A DNA stretch of 59,978 bases from an uncultured virus (IMG/VR IMGVR_UViG_3300032050_000029) (IMGVR_UViG_3300032050_000029:62001-121978); one strand, 5' to 3'; counted from the first letter of the stretch, positions 1-9,726 are shown. Numbers and translations are program-made. The notes: generated from the letters alone by a model not told the origin.

Positions 1-52
1 GTTTATTTCATTGATGAGATTAAAAATATACATAGTTCTTTATTTTATCTAT

Positions 53-679
53 TTATGCTTCAGAAAAGAGTTTCATTTTCTCTAACTGTTTCTGAATTAT
101 TTTTCTACCTCGGAAAATGCGATTCTTTACCGTCTGTAGATTGATATCTTTTTCATGTTCTACCATGATATCAAGAATATCGTTATATGATTTATGATTA
201 AGGAATCTCTCTATCATGTATCTCTTATACATTGGAGGTAATGCATTAATCGCTTCTTTAGTTAGTCTTACCTGTTCGGTTAAGATATCTTCCTCTGCCC
301 AGAAATCATCCTCGGTTTTTACATGCATTTCTGGTTCAAGGAAACCATCTCTTGCCGGAGGTTCAACACCTGCATCGGTAAATACATTAATACTTATCTT
401 TTTATTGCGGAACCTAATCCATCCAATGCATTCATTATATGCAATACGATAGGCCCATGTAGTTATTTGGTAAGATTCATCATATTGATCAATCTTTAAG
501 TAAACATTTGTTAATGTGGTTGATACAATATCATCAGCCACCGCCGGATCTCTTACGATGTTATTTACATAAGACCATAATCCTGGTCTCATCTTTTTGT
601 AAAGTTCATTGTAAATTCTTTCTGAGCGAGTTTTCTTAAACTCAATTGCCAGTTCTTTGTAGGTTTTAGATTTTGCCAT
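53..679 (-). CDS. ECF/sigma-70-like RNA polymerase sigma factor (probable middle-gene sigma)
   Basis: Region-2-like ADDIVS..TWAYRIAYN and region-4 HTH (TVKNRIFRGRK); start MAKSK at 679 preferred. Confidence 0.85.
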   Translation of the reverse strand: MAKSKTYKELAIEFKKTRSERIYNELYKKMRPGLWSYVNNIVRDPAVADDIVSTTLTNVYLKIDQYDESYQITTWAYRIAYNECIGWIRFRNKKISINVFTDAGVEPPARDGFLEPEMHVKTEDDFWAEEDILTEQVRLTKEAINALPPMYKRYMIERFLNHKSYNDILDIMVEHEKDINLQTVKNRIFRGRKIIQKQLEKMKLFSEA

Positions 680-1211
680 TTGTAAATTCTTTAATTGCCG
701 AAAATTTAATTGGTGAATAATTCCAAAAATCAATGCAAACGTTTACACGATTGGATGATCTTAGATCTGTCTTATGTGAAAAGACGGTATGTCCATGAAA
801 ATGAATAGTCCCTGATGATTTTCCATTCCATACTTCCAACGGATAGTGACAGAGAATAGAATCAAATTGAGGAAGTTCAATAATTTGTTGATCAAGAACC
901 TCAACGTTTTCAAACTCATCGGCTACTTCCAGTAGAGATTCATCAGAATTTCCAATCATGAAAAAGATTTTGCCTTTAAGCTTTTTCAAAACAGTTCTTG
1001 CGGTATGTGGATCCCACGCAAAATTACCTAAGTGAAAAACGAGGTCAGATGATTTGACCTGCTTATTCCAGTTTTTGATGAATTGATCATTCATATCATC
1101 AATACTTGAAAACTGGGTACGCCTTGCAATATCAAGGATTTGTGGCCTTCCAAACCACGTATCCGATGTAATGTAAAAATCAGAGATTTCTCTTAATTGT
1201 TCTTCAGACAT
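666..1211 (-). CDS. Calcineurin-like metallophosphoesterase homolog with degenerate motifs
   Basis: SDTWFG, HLGNF, IGNSD, LCHYP, HGHT motifs. Confidence 0.75.
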   Translation of the reverse strand: MSEEQLREISDFYITSDTWFGRPQILDIARRTQFSSIDDMNDQFIKNWNKQVKSSDLVFHLGNFAWDPHTARTVLKKLKGKIFFMIGNSDESLLEVADEFENVEVLDQQIIELPQFDSILCHYPLEVWNGKSSGTIHFHGHTVFSHKTDLRSSNRVNVCIDFWNYSPIKFSAIKEFTNGKI

Positions 1212-1248
1212 ATCATTGTTTTAAGACAGTATAAAAATACCATCAGTA

Positions 1249-1279
1249 CAAATATAAAACAAAAAAACGAGATTTGAAA
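1249..1279 (-). promoter_or_regulatory. Bacteroidota sigmaA-like (early) promoter TTTC-N19-TATATTTG
   Basis: Matches TAnnTTTG -7 element; same spacing recurs at 8770, 11585, 13157, 31896. Confidence 0.65.
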
Positions 1280-1298
1280 ATTTTTCGTAGACTTTTTT

Positions 1299-2249
1299 CT
1301 ACTTTTTTACAGAAAATCTTTTCTTATCGCGTTCCAGTGTTCTTTCAATCATTTCCTTTGAGTATTCGTCTAGTTTTTGAAGAGATTTTTCATCTAGGGG
1401 TTTACCATAGAAGTCTTCATATACTTTCTTATAGATTTCAACTGTGCTATCGAAAGGTACACCGGGCTGGGCATTTGACTCAATAACATAGATCTTACCT
1501 TCTTTATCCTTCATCATATCAAAACAGATGTAAGGAAACTTTTCAAATATTTTGCAGTATTTTTCTAAAACCTTTTTATAGTCTTCTGGAATATTATCAA
1601 CATTTCTCTTAGCATAATTAAATTCCATTTCCTCATCGGTCTTACCATCACCAGATTTTGCCTTACTGTTTGCAGGTGTTCTTTCCATCCAAAAAATAGG
1701 TTGACCTTTAAAGTTAAAGAATCTCATTTCCTCTACCTTATCTACATATTCAGAAAAAGTGTCAAATATCTTTTCATCAAGTTCTTCCATTAATTCAGGC
1801 TTCTTAATAACCTGAATTCCAATACCGCTATGACCATTTGCAGGCTTTGCAATGATAGGAAAGTTTAATTTCTCTAAAGCCTCGTTTTTTGAGTAAACGG
1901 TCTTAGGTACATTTTCATCTTCACCTACAAGTTTATGAAACTCTTTCTTTGATCCAGATAGTGGAATATACTTAGGATGATTATAGATGTTTTCCTCTTT
2001 AATCAATTTTCTTTTTAGTAATTCATCAACTATAGTACTATGATAATTAAGTACAGGGTACTCAGGATTAATGTCTAACTTATCAATATTATTTTCGGTA
2101 ACCTGAATAAAAAACTTATCACCGGCAAAACCTTTATAAGACCACCATCTCTGTCCACTATCTCGGCGGGTGGCTAAATATACTTTCTTTAATCCGTTAT
2201 CTTCAACGGCTTCATTTAAGAACTCTTCAAAAAGTTTGACATACTTCAT
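1299..2249 (-). CDS. ATP-grasp (RimK-like) ligase
   Basis: FPIIAKPANGHSGIGI, DMM..YVIESNAQPG; start MKYVKLFEEF. Confidence 0.75.
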   Translation of the reverse strand: MKYVKLFEEFLNEAVEDNGLKKVYLATRRDSGQRWWSYKGFAGDKFFIQVTENNIDKLDINPEYPVLNYHSTIVDELLKRKLIKEENIYNHPKYIPLSGSKKEFHKLVGEDENVPKTVYSKNEALEKLNFPIIAKPANGHSGIGIQVIKKPELMEELDEKIFDTFSEYVDKVEEMRFFNFKGQPIFWMERTPANSKAKSGDGKTDEEMEFNYAKRNVDNIPEDYKKVLEKYCKIFEKFPYICFDMMKDKEGKIYVIESNAQPGVPFDSTVEIYKKVYEDFYGKPLDEKSLQKLDEYSKEMIERTLERDKKRFSVKK

Positions 2250-2266
2250 TGTTATAGATGATTTTA

Positions 2267-3148
2267 TTATATATCCATGAAAACCGCATCGGATATCCAC
2301 ACATGTAAAGGATCATCTTTAACTCTTATAACCTCGGAATCTGATTCTATTTCAGATTCAATTTCTTTAATACCTTCTAAAGGATTACCATTAGGATCGA
2401 TTAAGAATTCTCTTATCTCTGGAAAACTCATTGGTTCAAAAGAATGATCTAACATTTCATCTATTAAGCCAAAGTGCCTTTCATAAATATGAAGAGAATG
2501 TACAATATGTGTATATGTACCTAATTCTAGATCTGGGTAATACTTTTTAAGATGCTCATACATCTGCTGTTGAAGAAGACAGAAAAATGCAATGTCAGTC
2601 GGTGTACCTAGAATAAGATCGTTTGATCTCATATCAATGGTAAAGTTAAGATGATTATCACGAATTTGAAATACGCCTGTAAGAGTACATACAAAATCTT
2701 TATTACCTTTCCACTGATGTGAAGGCATATTAAAATGAAGAATAGCTTGACGAGAATCTTTATCTTCAATTAAAGACTGTAATGCCCATTGGTACTGATT
2801 AATACCATGAGGATTCTTATCCGTAAAGATAAGATTACCGTAAGCAGAATTTACCGTACCGTTTCCGTTATCAATTTGTTCCCAGAACTTTGCAAATTTT
2901 GAAATAAAATTAGTATCTCTACGGCCAGTAAAGTACCAAACTAATTCGGCTGCAATATATTTGAATTGACTACTCCTTCTATTATTTTCATAAAGAGGAA
3001 ATGTAGGATCTTCGATAACTAACGCAGCATTAGTAACTTCATTAATTTTCATACCTCTTGGAGAGGTAACATATTCAGGATTTTGGAGTACATCAGTTAG
3101 TGCAGTTTGATACACATCAGCAAATGTTTCACCTTTGTAAATTCTCAT
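2267..3148 (-). CDS. Thymidylate synthase family enzyme (possible dCMP hydroxymethylase/methylase)
   Basis: DSRQA, catalytic Cys (FVCT), MRSNDLILGTPTD, SLHIYERH. Confidence 0.85.
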   Translation of the reverse strand: MRIYKGETFADVYQTALTDVLQNPEYVTSPRGMKINEVTNAALVIEDPTFPLYENNRRSSQFKYIAAELVWYFTGRRDTNFISKFAKFWEQIDNGNGTVNSAYGNLIFTDKNPHGINQYQWALQSLIEDKDSRQAILHFNMPSHQWKGNKDFVCTLTGVFQIRDNHLNFTIDMRSNDLILGTPTDIAFFCLLQQQMYEHLKKYYPDLELGTYTHIVHSLHIYERHFGLIDEMLDHSFEPMSFPEIREFLIDPNGNPLEGIKEIESEIESDSEVIRVKDDPLHVWISDAVFMDI

Positions 3149-3317
3149 ATTCTTTTAAAGCTTTTTCGTAACATTTTTCCATTTTAGGAAAGAACTCTTC
3201 TACGTATTTTTCGGCTTGTGCCTTTTTCATTTCGAGTTCATATAATTCCATCAACTTAGGATTATCCCAGAGATGATTCATTATCTCATACATGCGTTCT
3301 TCTCTCCACTTACTCAT
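3129..3317 (-). CDS. Hypothetical protein
   Basis: 62-aa ORF overlapping both neighbours in operon fashion. Confidence 0.6.
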   Translation of the reverse strand: MSKWREERMYEIMNHLWDNPKLMELYELEMKKAQAEKYVEEFFPKMEKCYEKALKEYENLQR

Positions 3318-3909
3318 GACTAAACATAGATAATTGTTTAGGATCTCCGGTTATTGTATTTTCATGGGATAAAAACTCAATAATAATTTTGGAGACTTCA
3401 TCGGCACCCATAGTACCTACATTAAGAAGAAGTTTATTTTTAATCTTACTCAAACGATGAGCACGTTGGAATCCATCAACCTCGGCTTTAATACCTTCTT
3501 CATTTTTATAAAATGATTTTCCATCATCTCTGCTCCAAATGGTATGAGGGTCATTTGTTAACGTAATAAGATAAAGATTTTCTCTTAATGTATTTACAAA
3601 ACCTTTTTCAATATCAAAAACATAATCACCGGAATATCCACGGTAAAGTGGAGAGTAAATACTTTCACCTAAATGAGAACGATTAAAGATGATATTAATA
3701 TCTTGATCTTTACAGAGAACCATCATCTTAAACATGTCTTCATACATTTTCTTTGAATATGAAGTATGCATTTCAATATCATCTTTAAAGGGTAAAGACG
3801 AATAATGAATCTTATGAAAGACAGTATCTTTAAGATTCTTAATAATAAGATTTTGCTGTGTATCTTTACCGGTATTATCGGTGCCTTCAATGATAATGAA
3901 CTTACTCAT
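3310..3909 (-). CDS. dNMP/thymidylate kinase-like protein
   Basis: N-terminal P-loop IIIEGTDNTGKDT; FNRSHLGESIY. Confidence 0.75.
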   Translation of the reverse strand: MSKFIIIEGTDNTGKDTQQNLIIKNLKDTVFHKIHYSSLPFKDDIEMHTSYSKKMYEDMFKMMVLCKDQDINIIFNRSHLGESIYSPLYRGYSGDYVFDIEKGFVNTLRENLYLITLTNDPHTIWSRDDGKSFYKNEEGIKAEVDGFQRAHRLSKIKNKLLLNVGTMGADEVSKIIIEFLSHENTITGDPKQLSMFSHE

Positions 3910-3923
3910 TTTATTTTTATATG

Positions 3924-4403
3924 TTAGAAGTTATGATTGTTTATCTCAATGTCAAAATCTGTAAAATTAGCAAAGTCATTTTCATCTGCCTGAATTCTAC
4001 GTTCCAATGTATCACCTGGCATATTGCGGCTAATAAGTCTTTGGCGTCTTACTTCAATTGGCATATTGAGATAAATGATTGTACATTCTTTACGATCAAT
4101 TGGATTGATATGAGAAATGCCTTTAGGTGTCATTATAAATAAGTTACACTGTTCCTTGAACTGTTTATAACTTGTTCCATAATACCAACCATTAAATTCA
4201 ACCCATTCATACCAAAAGTTATTCTTAATACCATCATCAAATTGTTCTTTTGACATAAAGTAATAATCTTGGCCGTCAATCTCACCTTCTCTCGGTGGTC
4301 GAGTGGTATAAGAAATACCGTAGATAAATCCACGGCCTTCCATTACCTTTCTCATGTGATCTTTACCTGCAGCGGCTTTACCTACTAGGATTACTTTATT
4401 CAT
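3924..4403 (-). CDS. gmk: Guanylate kinase
   Basis: GKAAAGKD P-loop, TTRPPREGEIDGQDYYF, YYGT. Confidence 0.9.
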   Translation of the reverse strand: MNKVILVGKAAAGKDHMRKVMEGRGFIYGISYTTRPPREGEIDGQDYYFMSKEQFDDGIKNNFWYEWVEFNGWYYGTSYKQFKEQCNLFIMTPKGISHINPIDRKECTIIYLNMPIEVRRQRLISRNMPGDTLERRIQADENDFANFTDFDIEINNHNF

Positions 4404-4656
4404 TATCTTCTGATTTTGAACCTGCAATAGGAGTGTTTACGGTTGTGCCTGGTGAGGTTGATGAAAAACTATACCAAAGATCGCCTGGTTTATAAGGCGG
4501 AGAATAAGGTTGAATGGTTGGCGTAGGGCTAGGTATGTAAAAAGGCTGATTTCTATTTACCTCGGCTTGTAAAAGTACTATGGCTTCCTCTGCAGTAATA
4601 TGTCTTTCATCAAGAAGTCTTTGTACTATCTCAGTTACCGTTTTCATTGGCTGCAT
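4396..4656 (-). CDS. Hypothetical protein
   Basis: ORF in operon context. Confidence 0.55.
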   Translation of the reverse strand: MQPMKTVTEIVQRLLDERHITAEEAIVLLQAEVNRNQPFYIPSPTPTIQPYSPPYKPGDLWYSFSSTSPGTTVNTPIAGSKSEDNE

Positions 4657-4867
4657 TTTTTACCTCAAAGGTATTTTCTAAAGTTTGAATGCAATCATTG
4701 GCCTCAGCAAGAGATCTTGTTAAGGTCATCATTTCATCTATATGCTGTGGATGTTCACCGATACCTACTGGATTTGTTAAGTAGATAGTAAGTGTGGCAA
4801 GAGCCTTTTGTTTTTGTGCTTCAAATTGTGCTTTGAGAGCATCATACATTACATTAGTTGGTCCCAT
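4631..4867 (-). CDS. Hypothetical protein
   Basis: Helical hairpin with NPVGIGEHP. Confidence 0.65.
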   Translation of the reverse strand: MGPTNVMYDALKAQFEAQKQKALATLTIYLTNPVGIGEHPQHIDEMMTLTRSLAEANDCIQTLENTFEVKNAANENGN

Positions 4868-4869
4868 AA

Positions 4870-5097
4870 TTAGTCTAATAAAAGTTTAGAGTTTTGAAAA
4901 TTGTTTTTAATTTTTTCATTAAAGAATTTTCCTTGAGATTCTGCTCTACAAAATTCTTCATATGTTTGAGAGTCAACATTTGAATATTCATAGATAGTAC
5001 CTGAATTAAATTCAATTTTTAATGTGTTTGCAGAAAAATTATAAACTGCTTTTTTAATCATTGATGAGTCTGTCATCGAGGTTTGTTCTATTAACAT
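4870..5097 (-). CDS. KTSC domain protein
   Basis: SSMI..LKIEFNSGTIYEYSNV..AESQGKFFN pattern. Confidence 0.85.
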   Translation of the reverse strand: MLIEQTSMTDSSMIKKAVYNFSANTLKIEFNSGTIYEYSNVDSQTYEEFCRAESQGKFFNEKIKNNFQNSKLLLD

Positions 5098-5098
5098 A

Positions 5099-5260
5099 TT
5101 ATTGATTTTTTGATTGATCACCGTTTAATACTTTAAACATTTTCTTTAGTTCTGTGATAGGTAATACTTTAATTTTAGATAAGGATTCCCATGCTTCTTC
5201 CTCGGTATTTGCCTTACACGTCCACTTAACTCCTGAACCTACTATAATAAATGTTTTCAT
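5099..5260 (-). CDS. Small hypothetical protein (53 aa, not in ORF track)
   Basis: Manual translation MKTFIIVGSGVKWTCKANTEEEAW...NQ*; fills the gap and follows a promoter motif. Confidence 0.6.
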   Translation of the reverse strand: MKTFIIVGSGVKWTCKANTEEEAWESLSKIKVLPITELKKMFKVLNGDQSKNQ

Positions 5261-5299
5261 GGATTTATTTTTTATATTGAAGTATCTTAATAAGTTTCA

Positions 5300-6643
5300 T
5301 TACCCTAATGATTTTTTCAATTGTTCAAGATCAGTTATATACATGTCCTTAGGATCAGTTTTCTTAATGGCTTCTACCTCAGATTCCTTTTCTGTTTTTT
5401 GTTTAAGTAGTTCTTCAAATCTCTCCTTAGTTAATGAATAGATTGCCATACTTAATAGGTATGTATATGAACCATCAATCTTATCATATTTGTTATCTTC
5501 CAGGTATTTAACAATGATATCTTTTGCTACATTATTTACCTTAAGTTTTCCTTCAATAATATCTTTAATGAATCTTGCCTTATTTGATATGATAAGAAGC
5601 TCTCTTCCTAATTTATCAAGAAGATAGGCCTTTCTCTTATGATAATACTGAAGTCTTATTCCAACAAAGTGGGTTACAATATCTTCAGCTTTGGTAAAGA
5701 TCTTTAATTTACCAGTCTCATCGATAGTGGTAAGGTTTTCAGTTTCTTGTGAATGAATCTTTAACAGATTTTCTAGTCTATCCTTTGAAATATAGTCCTT
5801 AAGAATTGCTCGTTGAAATTTAAGAAGGTATTCAATTTTATCTGATGAATTATCTTCATAATCAACAATGATCTTTTTATCAACCAGAGCGTTTAACCAC
5901 TCTTCATATCTCTCATAAGTAAATGAAGGTGGAATTTCTGTTACTTTTACTGTTGTACTATTTACTATTTCATATGATCCACTAATCTTCCACGTATTAG
6001 GATTACCAGGATCTCTAGTAAATGATCCCTTAAATTCACTTAACCAAGGAGGAAGTGTTTTAATCTTCTTATCCTTAAGAACGGCCAAACATGCTTCAAC
6101 TACATCTTTAGGATTACGATTAAGAATGTTAGTTGCAAATCCTACAGCAATACCAGAAGATCCATTTAAGATAACGGTTGGAACGATAGGAAGAAAGAAG
6201 TCTGGTTCAATTTCTACACCTTCTTCAATCTTATTATTAAGAAGGTCAAAATCCTGATAAATTAATCTAAAATTAGGATGTAATTTTGCACTGATGTAAC
6301 GAGGTGCACCGGCAGAAGGGGAACGTAAAGATCCAAATTGGCCAATGCCATCCAAAAGAGGTAAAGAGTTCTTAAACTTCTGTGCCATACCAACCATAGC
6401 AGATTCCAAGGAAGTATTACCATGATGATAATATGCCTCTGCCGCTACACGGCCTGCAAGTTGGAATAGTTTCATTGGCTTTTCTGCTCCATTTTTCCAG
6501 ATTTTATTTGCCACGAAAACGACCTTCCGTTGTGTTGGTTTAAGACCGTCAATACAGCTAGGGATTGCACGATTTTCTACAACATATTTGGCATACTCCA
6601 AATATTCTTTATCAAAGAATGATGTTACTGTTCTTTTTTCCAT
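5300..6643 (-). CDS. gp52: DNA topoisomerase II subunit A (T4 gp52-like)
   Basis: RAIP..DGLKPTQRK, YHHG, APRYI catalytic Tyr. Confidence 0.95.
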   Translation of the reverse strand: MEKRTVTSFFDKEYLEYAKYVVENRAIPSCIDGLKPTQRKVVFVANKIWKNGAEKPMKLFQLAGRVAAEAYYHHGNTSLESAMVGMAQKFKNSLPLLDGIGQFGSLRSPSAGAPRYISAKLHPNFRLIYQDFDLLNNKIEEGVEIEPDFFLPIVPTVILNGSSGIAVGFATNILNRNPKDVVEACLAVLKDKKIKTLPPWLSEFKGSFTRDPGNPNTWKISGSYEIVNSTTVKVTEIPPSFTYERYEEWLNALVDKKIIVDYEDNSSDKIEYLLKFQRAILKDYISKDRLENLLKIHSQETENLTTIDETGKLKIFTKAEDIVTHFVGIRLQYYHKRKAYLLDKLGRELLIISNKARFIKDIIEGKLKVNNVAKDIIVKYLEDNKYDKIDGSYTYLLSMAIYSLTKERFEELLKQKTEKESEVEAIKKTDPKDMYITDLEQLKKSLG

Positions 6644-8520
6644 TAGAAAAGAGATTTATTGCTTGTTTTAATTTCAACAGATTCGCCTAGAATCTTCTTT
6701 TTACGAGGGCTAGAGTCACCTGCAAACCAGATATTTAATGTACTGTTAAATCCATTATCTCTGGTAAGAAAGTATGATCTAGGGCTTCTAATGATCTCCT
6801 GATATTCATCGTCCTCCAATGCAGCCAATCCTTTCTTATATTCAATATTCCATGAGGATAATGATTTTTGTTTTAACTCCCATTCTTTATAATCTTCTTC
6901 AGAATAAAAGCTTAAAGTTTCCTTTCCTTTCTTTGCTACCATAAGAGGTGTTTCTACCTTAAGAACTTTACCTTCTTCAAATAACTCAGGCCAATATTTA
7001 CCAAAGAAATTAATTAGCAATGCAGAAATTGAATTCCCATCAACATCGGCATCAGTATAGAATAAGATCTTACCATATCTTAAGTCCTTTGGTTCATGAC
7101 CAATCTTTAATCCTATTGCAGCCATAAGAGATTGTACTTCTTTATTTTGTACCACCTTTGAATCAGGAATCTCTCTTACATTAATAAATTTACCGCGAAG
7201 AGGAAACGCACCTTGCGTTAGCGGATCACGGTAACGACGAAACGCAGAGGATGCAGAGTCACCTTCAAATATTGCAAGAGTACAATTTTTTCTATCACCG
7301 GTTTTCTTAGCATCGATTAATTTAATTACCTTTGACTTATCGAGGTTATTATTTAATTTTCTAAGTTTTGCTCTTTCTTCGGCTGCCTGCTTTCTTTCAA
7401 TCCAGTCAAGAACAGATTGGATGATTTCAGATGCAAATACTTGTTTAAGAATCTTTTCTGATAGTTCATGTATACTCCCAAAGTCTTTAGGTTCAGTAAT
7501 GAGTTTCTCCTTAGTTTGAGACGAGAATGCAGGATTAATAACTGTGCAATCAATAAAGAGAAAGATGTGTTGTTTTAGATCGGTTGGTTTTACATCAACC
7601 CGATATTTTTTCTTAATCTTTTCTCTAAGGTATTGGATGATTTGAAATGTAACATTATTAACATGGGTGCCACCATCCTTTGTTTCAACCGAATTGACGA
7701 ATGATATTGCTTTAAATCCTGATGTTGAATGTCCTATACCAATTTTCCAATTAGGAGACTGTTCATAGAAAACATTATCAGTATAAAGATCTGCATATTC
7801 TTTAAAGTTCTTAAACGATATTAAGGTATCATTAAGATAGATCTTAAGCAAAGTATTACATGCAGCAATATCATAAAGCCTTTTCTGAATCATTTGCAGA
7901 GAAGACTTATCAATTTTCTTCATTCCAAATCTTTCAAAATCTGCAATATAAGAAATTTCAGTATAGCCTTTCTTATGTGATTTAATTACAGGTTCTGTCT
8001 TTTTGGACATGTTATCTGAAAATACCTGCACAAATGATTTTTTACCATCACATGTTTCAATTTTGAATTCTTTACTAAAGATATTGGTTAATGTACTACC
8101 TACACCATTAGTACCTACAACAGTACGGTCTTCAGTATCATCAAAATTACTACCAGTCTTAAGATTACTAAAGATCATTTCTGGAACCCATTCTCCGTAC
8201 TCTTTATGGATCTCTACAGGAATTCCTCCATTATCCCAGATTGATATTCTGCCAGATACTTCATCAATAGTAATTTTAATCTGGTTAAGTTGAGGATTTC
8301 TTTTATGTTCATCAACTGAATTTGATACGATCTCGTCAAAAAGTTTTATGAAACCTGGATTATAAGTAATCTCCGTAGGTTCAAATTTACCTTTCTTTTC
8401 GTTAAGAAGAAATACTTCCTCGGTATGCGGTTTAATTGAACCGATGTACATACCTGGACGAAGGAGAACGTGTTCAGTGTCAGTAAGTTTTTGATACCTC
8501 TTTTCTACACTTACGGCCAT
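6643..8520 (-). CDS. gp39: DNA topoisomerase II subunit B (ATPase + TOPRIM, gp39+gp60 in one chain)
   Basis: HVLLRPGMYIGS, EGDSA, PLRGK, DADVDG, KGLA. Confidence 0.95.
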   Translation of the reverse strand: MAVSVEKRYQKLTDTEHVLLRPGMYIGSIKPHTEEVFLLNEKKGKFEPTEITYNPGFIKLFDEIVSNSVDEHKRNPQLNQIKITIDEVSGRISIWDNGGIPVEIHKEYGEWVPEMIFSNLKTGSNFDDTEDRTVVGTNGVGSTLTNIFSKEFKIETCDGKKSFVQVFSDNMSKKTEPVIKSHKKGYTEISYIADFERFGMKKIDKSSLQMIQKRLYDIAACNTLLKIYLNDTLISFKNFKEYADLYTDNVFYEQSPNWKIGIGHSTSGFKAISFVNSVETKDGGTHVNNVTFQIIQYLREKIKKKYRVDVKPTDLKQHIFLFIDCTVINPAFSSQTKEKLITEPKDFGSIHELSEKILKQVFASEIIQSVLDWIERKQAAEERAKLRKLNNNLDKSKVIKLIDAKKTGDRKNCTLAIFEGDSASSAFRRYRDPLTQGAFPLRGKFINVREIPDSKVVQNKEVQSLMAAIGLKIGHEPKDLRYGKILFYTDADVDGNSISALLINFFGKYWPELFEEGKVLKVETPLMVAKKGKETLSFYSEEDYKEWELKQKSLSSWNIEYKKGLAALEDDEYQEIIRSPRSYFLTRDNGFNSTLNIWFAGDSSPRKKKILGESVEIKTSNKSLF

Positions 8521-8555
8521 ACCTTTTATTTTTATATGCTAAAACTCTGTTTGGT

Positions 8556-8753
8556 TTAATTATATTGATGTCTAAGTGTAAGTTTCAGAAAGGCTTTATA
8601 TGAATTATAGGCTTCCCTAAATCGTGGATCTTTTTCATTATGTTTCCATTTTGCTGAAAACAAATGAATAAGTTTAACCAAAGACTCGTAATGAACGGTC
8701 TTGTTGTCTTTGTTTAGGATAACCCTGCGTACCCAAATAAAATCCTTTTTCAT
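8556..8753 (-). CDS. Hypothetical protein
   Basis: 65-aa ORF after the promoter at 8770. Confidence 0.55.
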   Translation of the reverse strand: MKKDFIWVRRVILNKDNKTVHYESLVKLIHLFSAKWKHNEKDPRFREAYNSYKAFLKLTLRHQYN

Positions 8754-8769
8754 ACCTAAACTATTTATT

Positions 8770-8800
8770 CAAATATAATACATAGATATGATTTCTGAAA
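8770..8800 (-). promoter_or_regulatory. SigmaA-like promoter TTTC-N19-TATATTTG
   Basis: Exact spacing match to the repeated motif. Confidence 0.6.
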
Positions 8801-8803
8801 GAG

Positions 8804-8888
8804 CGGAAGGTGAGGGGATCGAACCCTCGCGCCGTTGCCGACCTAACAGTTTAGCAAACTGCCCCCTTCACCACTTGGGTAACCTTCC
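8804..8888 (-). tRNA. tRNA-Ser(GCT)
   Basis: Cloverleaf with long variable arm; loop TTGCTAA. Confidence 0.93.
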
Positions 8889-8889
8889 T

Positions 8890-9339
8890 TTATCTACAGC
8901 AATAATCAGCTGCACGAGTTGCAATTTGCTCGTTAGGTTTTACATTTACTTTATAGCCCAGAGAATTTGCCCACCCTTTAGCCGCAGAAATAATTCTATA
9001 TGATTTGTGTTCTTCATCTCCGTTATAGTCCATATCAATTTGAACCTTAACATTAATCTGTTGTGTAAGCCATTCAGCGGTTTCAATACTCATCTCGGCT
9101 TCTTTCCAAAGACGTGTCCACATATCAGTGATCTTTGGCATTTTATGTTTAGTAAAAATATAATGTACACCTGATGATCCAAAGCGATATGCTATCACTG
9201 TGCTATACATAGTTACATCACCATGATTTTGTGAATCGGTTCCAATGTGAATCGATGCATGAGGATAATTCTTTAACTGCTCGAGGGTGTGATCTATCAC
9301 ATTAACCTTGACTCCATTTGTCTTTCTAAACACCTTCAT
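8890..9339 (-). CDS. RNase H-like YkuK/DUF458 family protein, inside the tRNA array
   Basis: IHIGTDSQ, RLWKEAEMS, IDMDYN, ATRAAD. Confidence 0.8.
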   Translation of the reverse strand: MKVFRKTNGVKVNVIDHTLEQLKNYPHASIHIGTDSQNHGDVTMYSTVIAYRFGSSGVHYIFTKHKMPKITDMWTRLWKEAEMSIETAEWLTQQINVKVQIDMDYNGDEEHKSYRIISAAKGWANSLGYKVNVKPNEQIATRAADYCCR

Positions 9340-9356
9340 TCATTTTATGTATTTCG

Positions 9357-9429
9357 CACGCCTGGATGGGTTCGAACCACCGACACCTGGTTTTGGAGAC
9401 CAGTGCTCTACCAACTGAGCTACAGACGC
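9357..9429 (-). tRNA. tRNA-Trp(CCA)
   Basis: CTGGT-CTCCAAA-ACCAG. Confidence 0.95.
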
Positions 9430-9437
9430 ATTTATTG

Positions 9438-9508
9438 AGGCACCAACAGGAATCGAACCTGTGTGAAAGGTTTTGCAGACCTCCACCTAACCACTCGGCC
9501 ATAGTGCC
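9438..9508 (-). tRNA. tRNA-Cys(GCA)
   Basis: GAGGT-CTGCAAA-ACCTT, U73. Confidence 0.95.
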
Positions 9509-9514
9509 ATTATG

Positions 9515-9589
9515 GGTGATTAATGGGAGTCGAACCCACGACCTTCTGAACCACAATCAGATGCTCTAACCAACTGAGCTATAACCACC
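9515..9589 (-). tRNA. tRNA-His(GTG)
   Basis: TCTGA-TTGTGGT-TCAGA; encoded G-1 and C73. Confidence 0.95.
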
Positions 9590-9594
9590 ATGTG

Positions 9595-9668
9595 TTGGAA
9601 TAGGCAGACTCGAACTGCCGACCCTTCGCGTATCAGACGAATGCTCTAACCAACTGAGCTATATTCCA
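9595..9668 (-). tRNA. tRNA-Ile(GAT)
   Basis: TTCGT-CTGATAC-GCGAA. Confidence 0.95.
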
Positions 9669-9726
9669 ATGTCACAGGACCCGCACCCTGTTCTGAACTT
9701 GTACTTTGTTCTATTAAGCGTTTTTG

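Noticed and set aside
1..33. Possible gene start MYIFNLINEIN running off the left edge (minus strand)
   Set aside because: Only 11 codons visible; cannot be assigned
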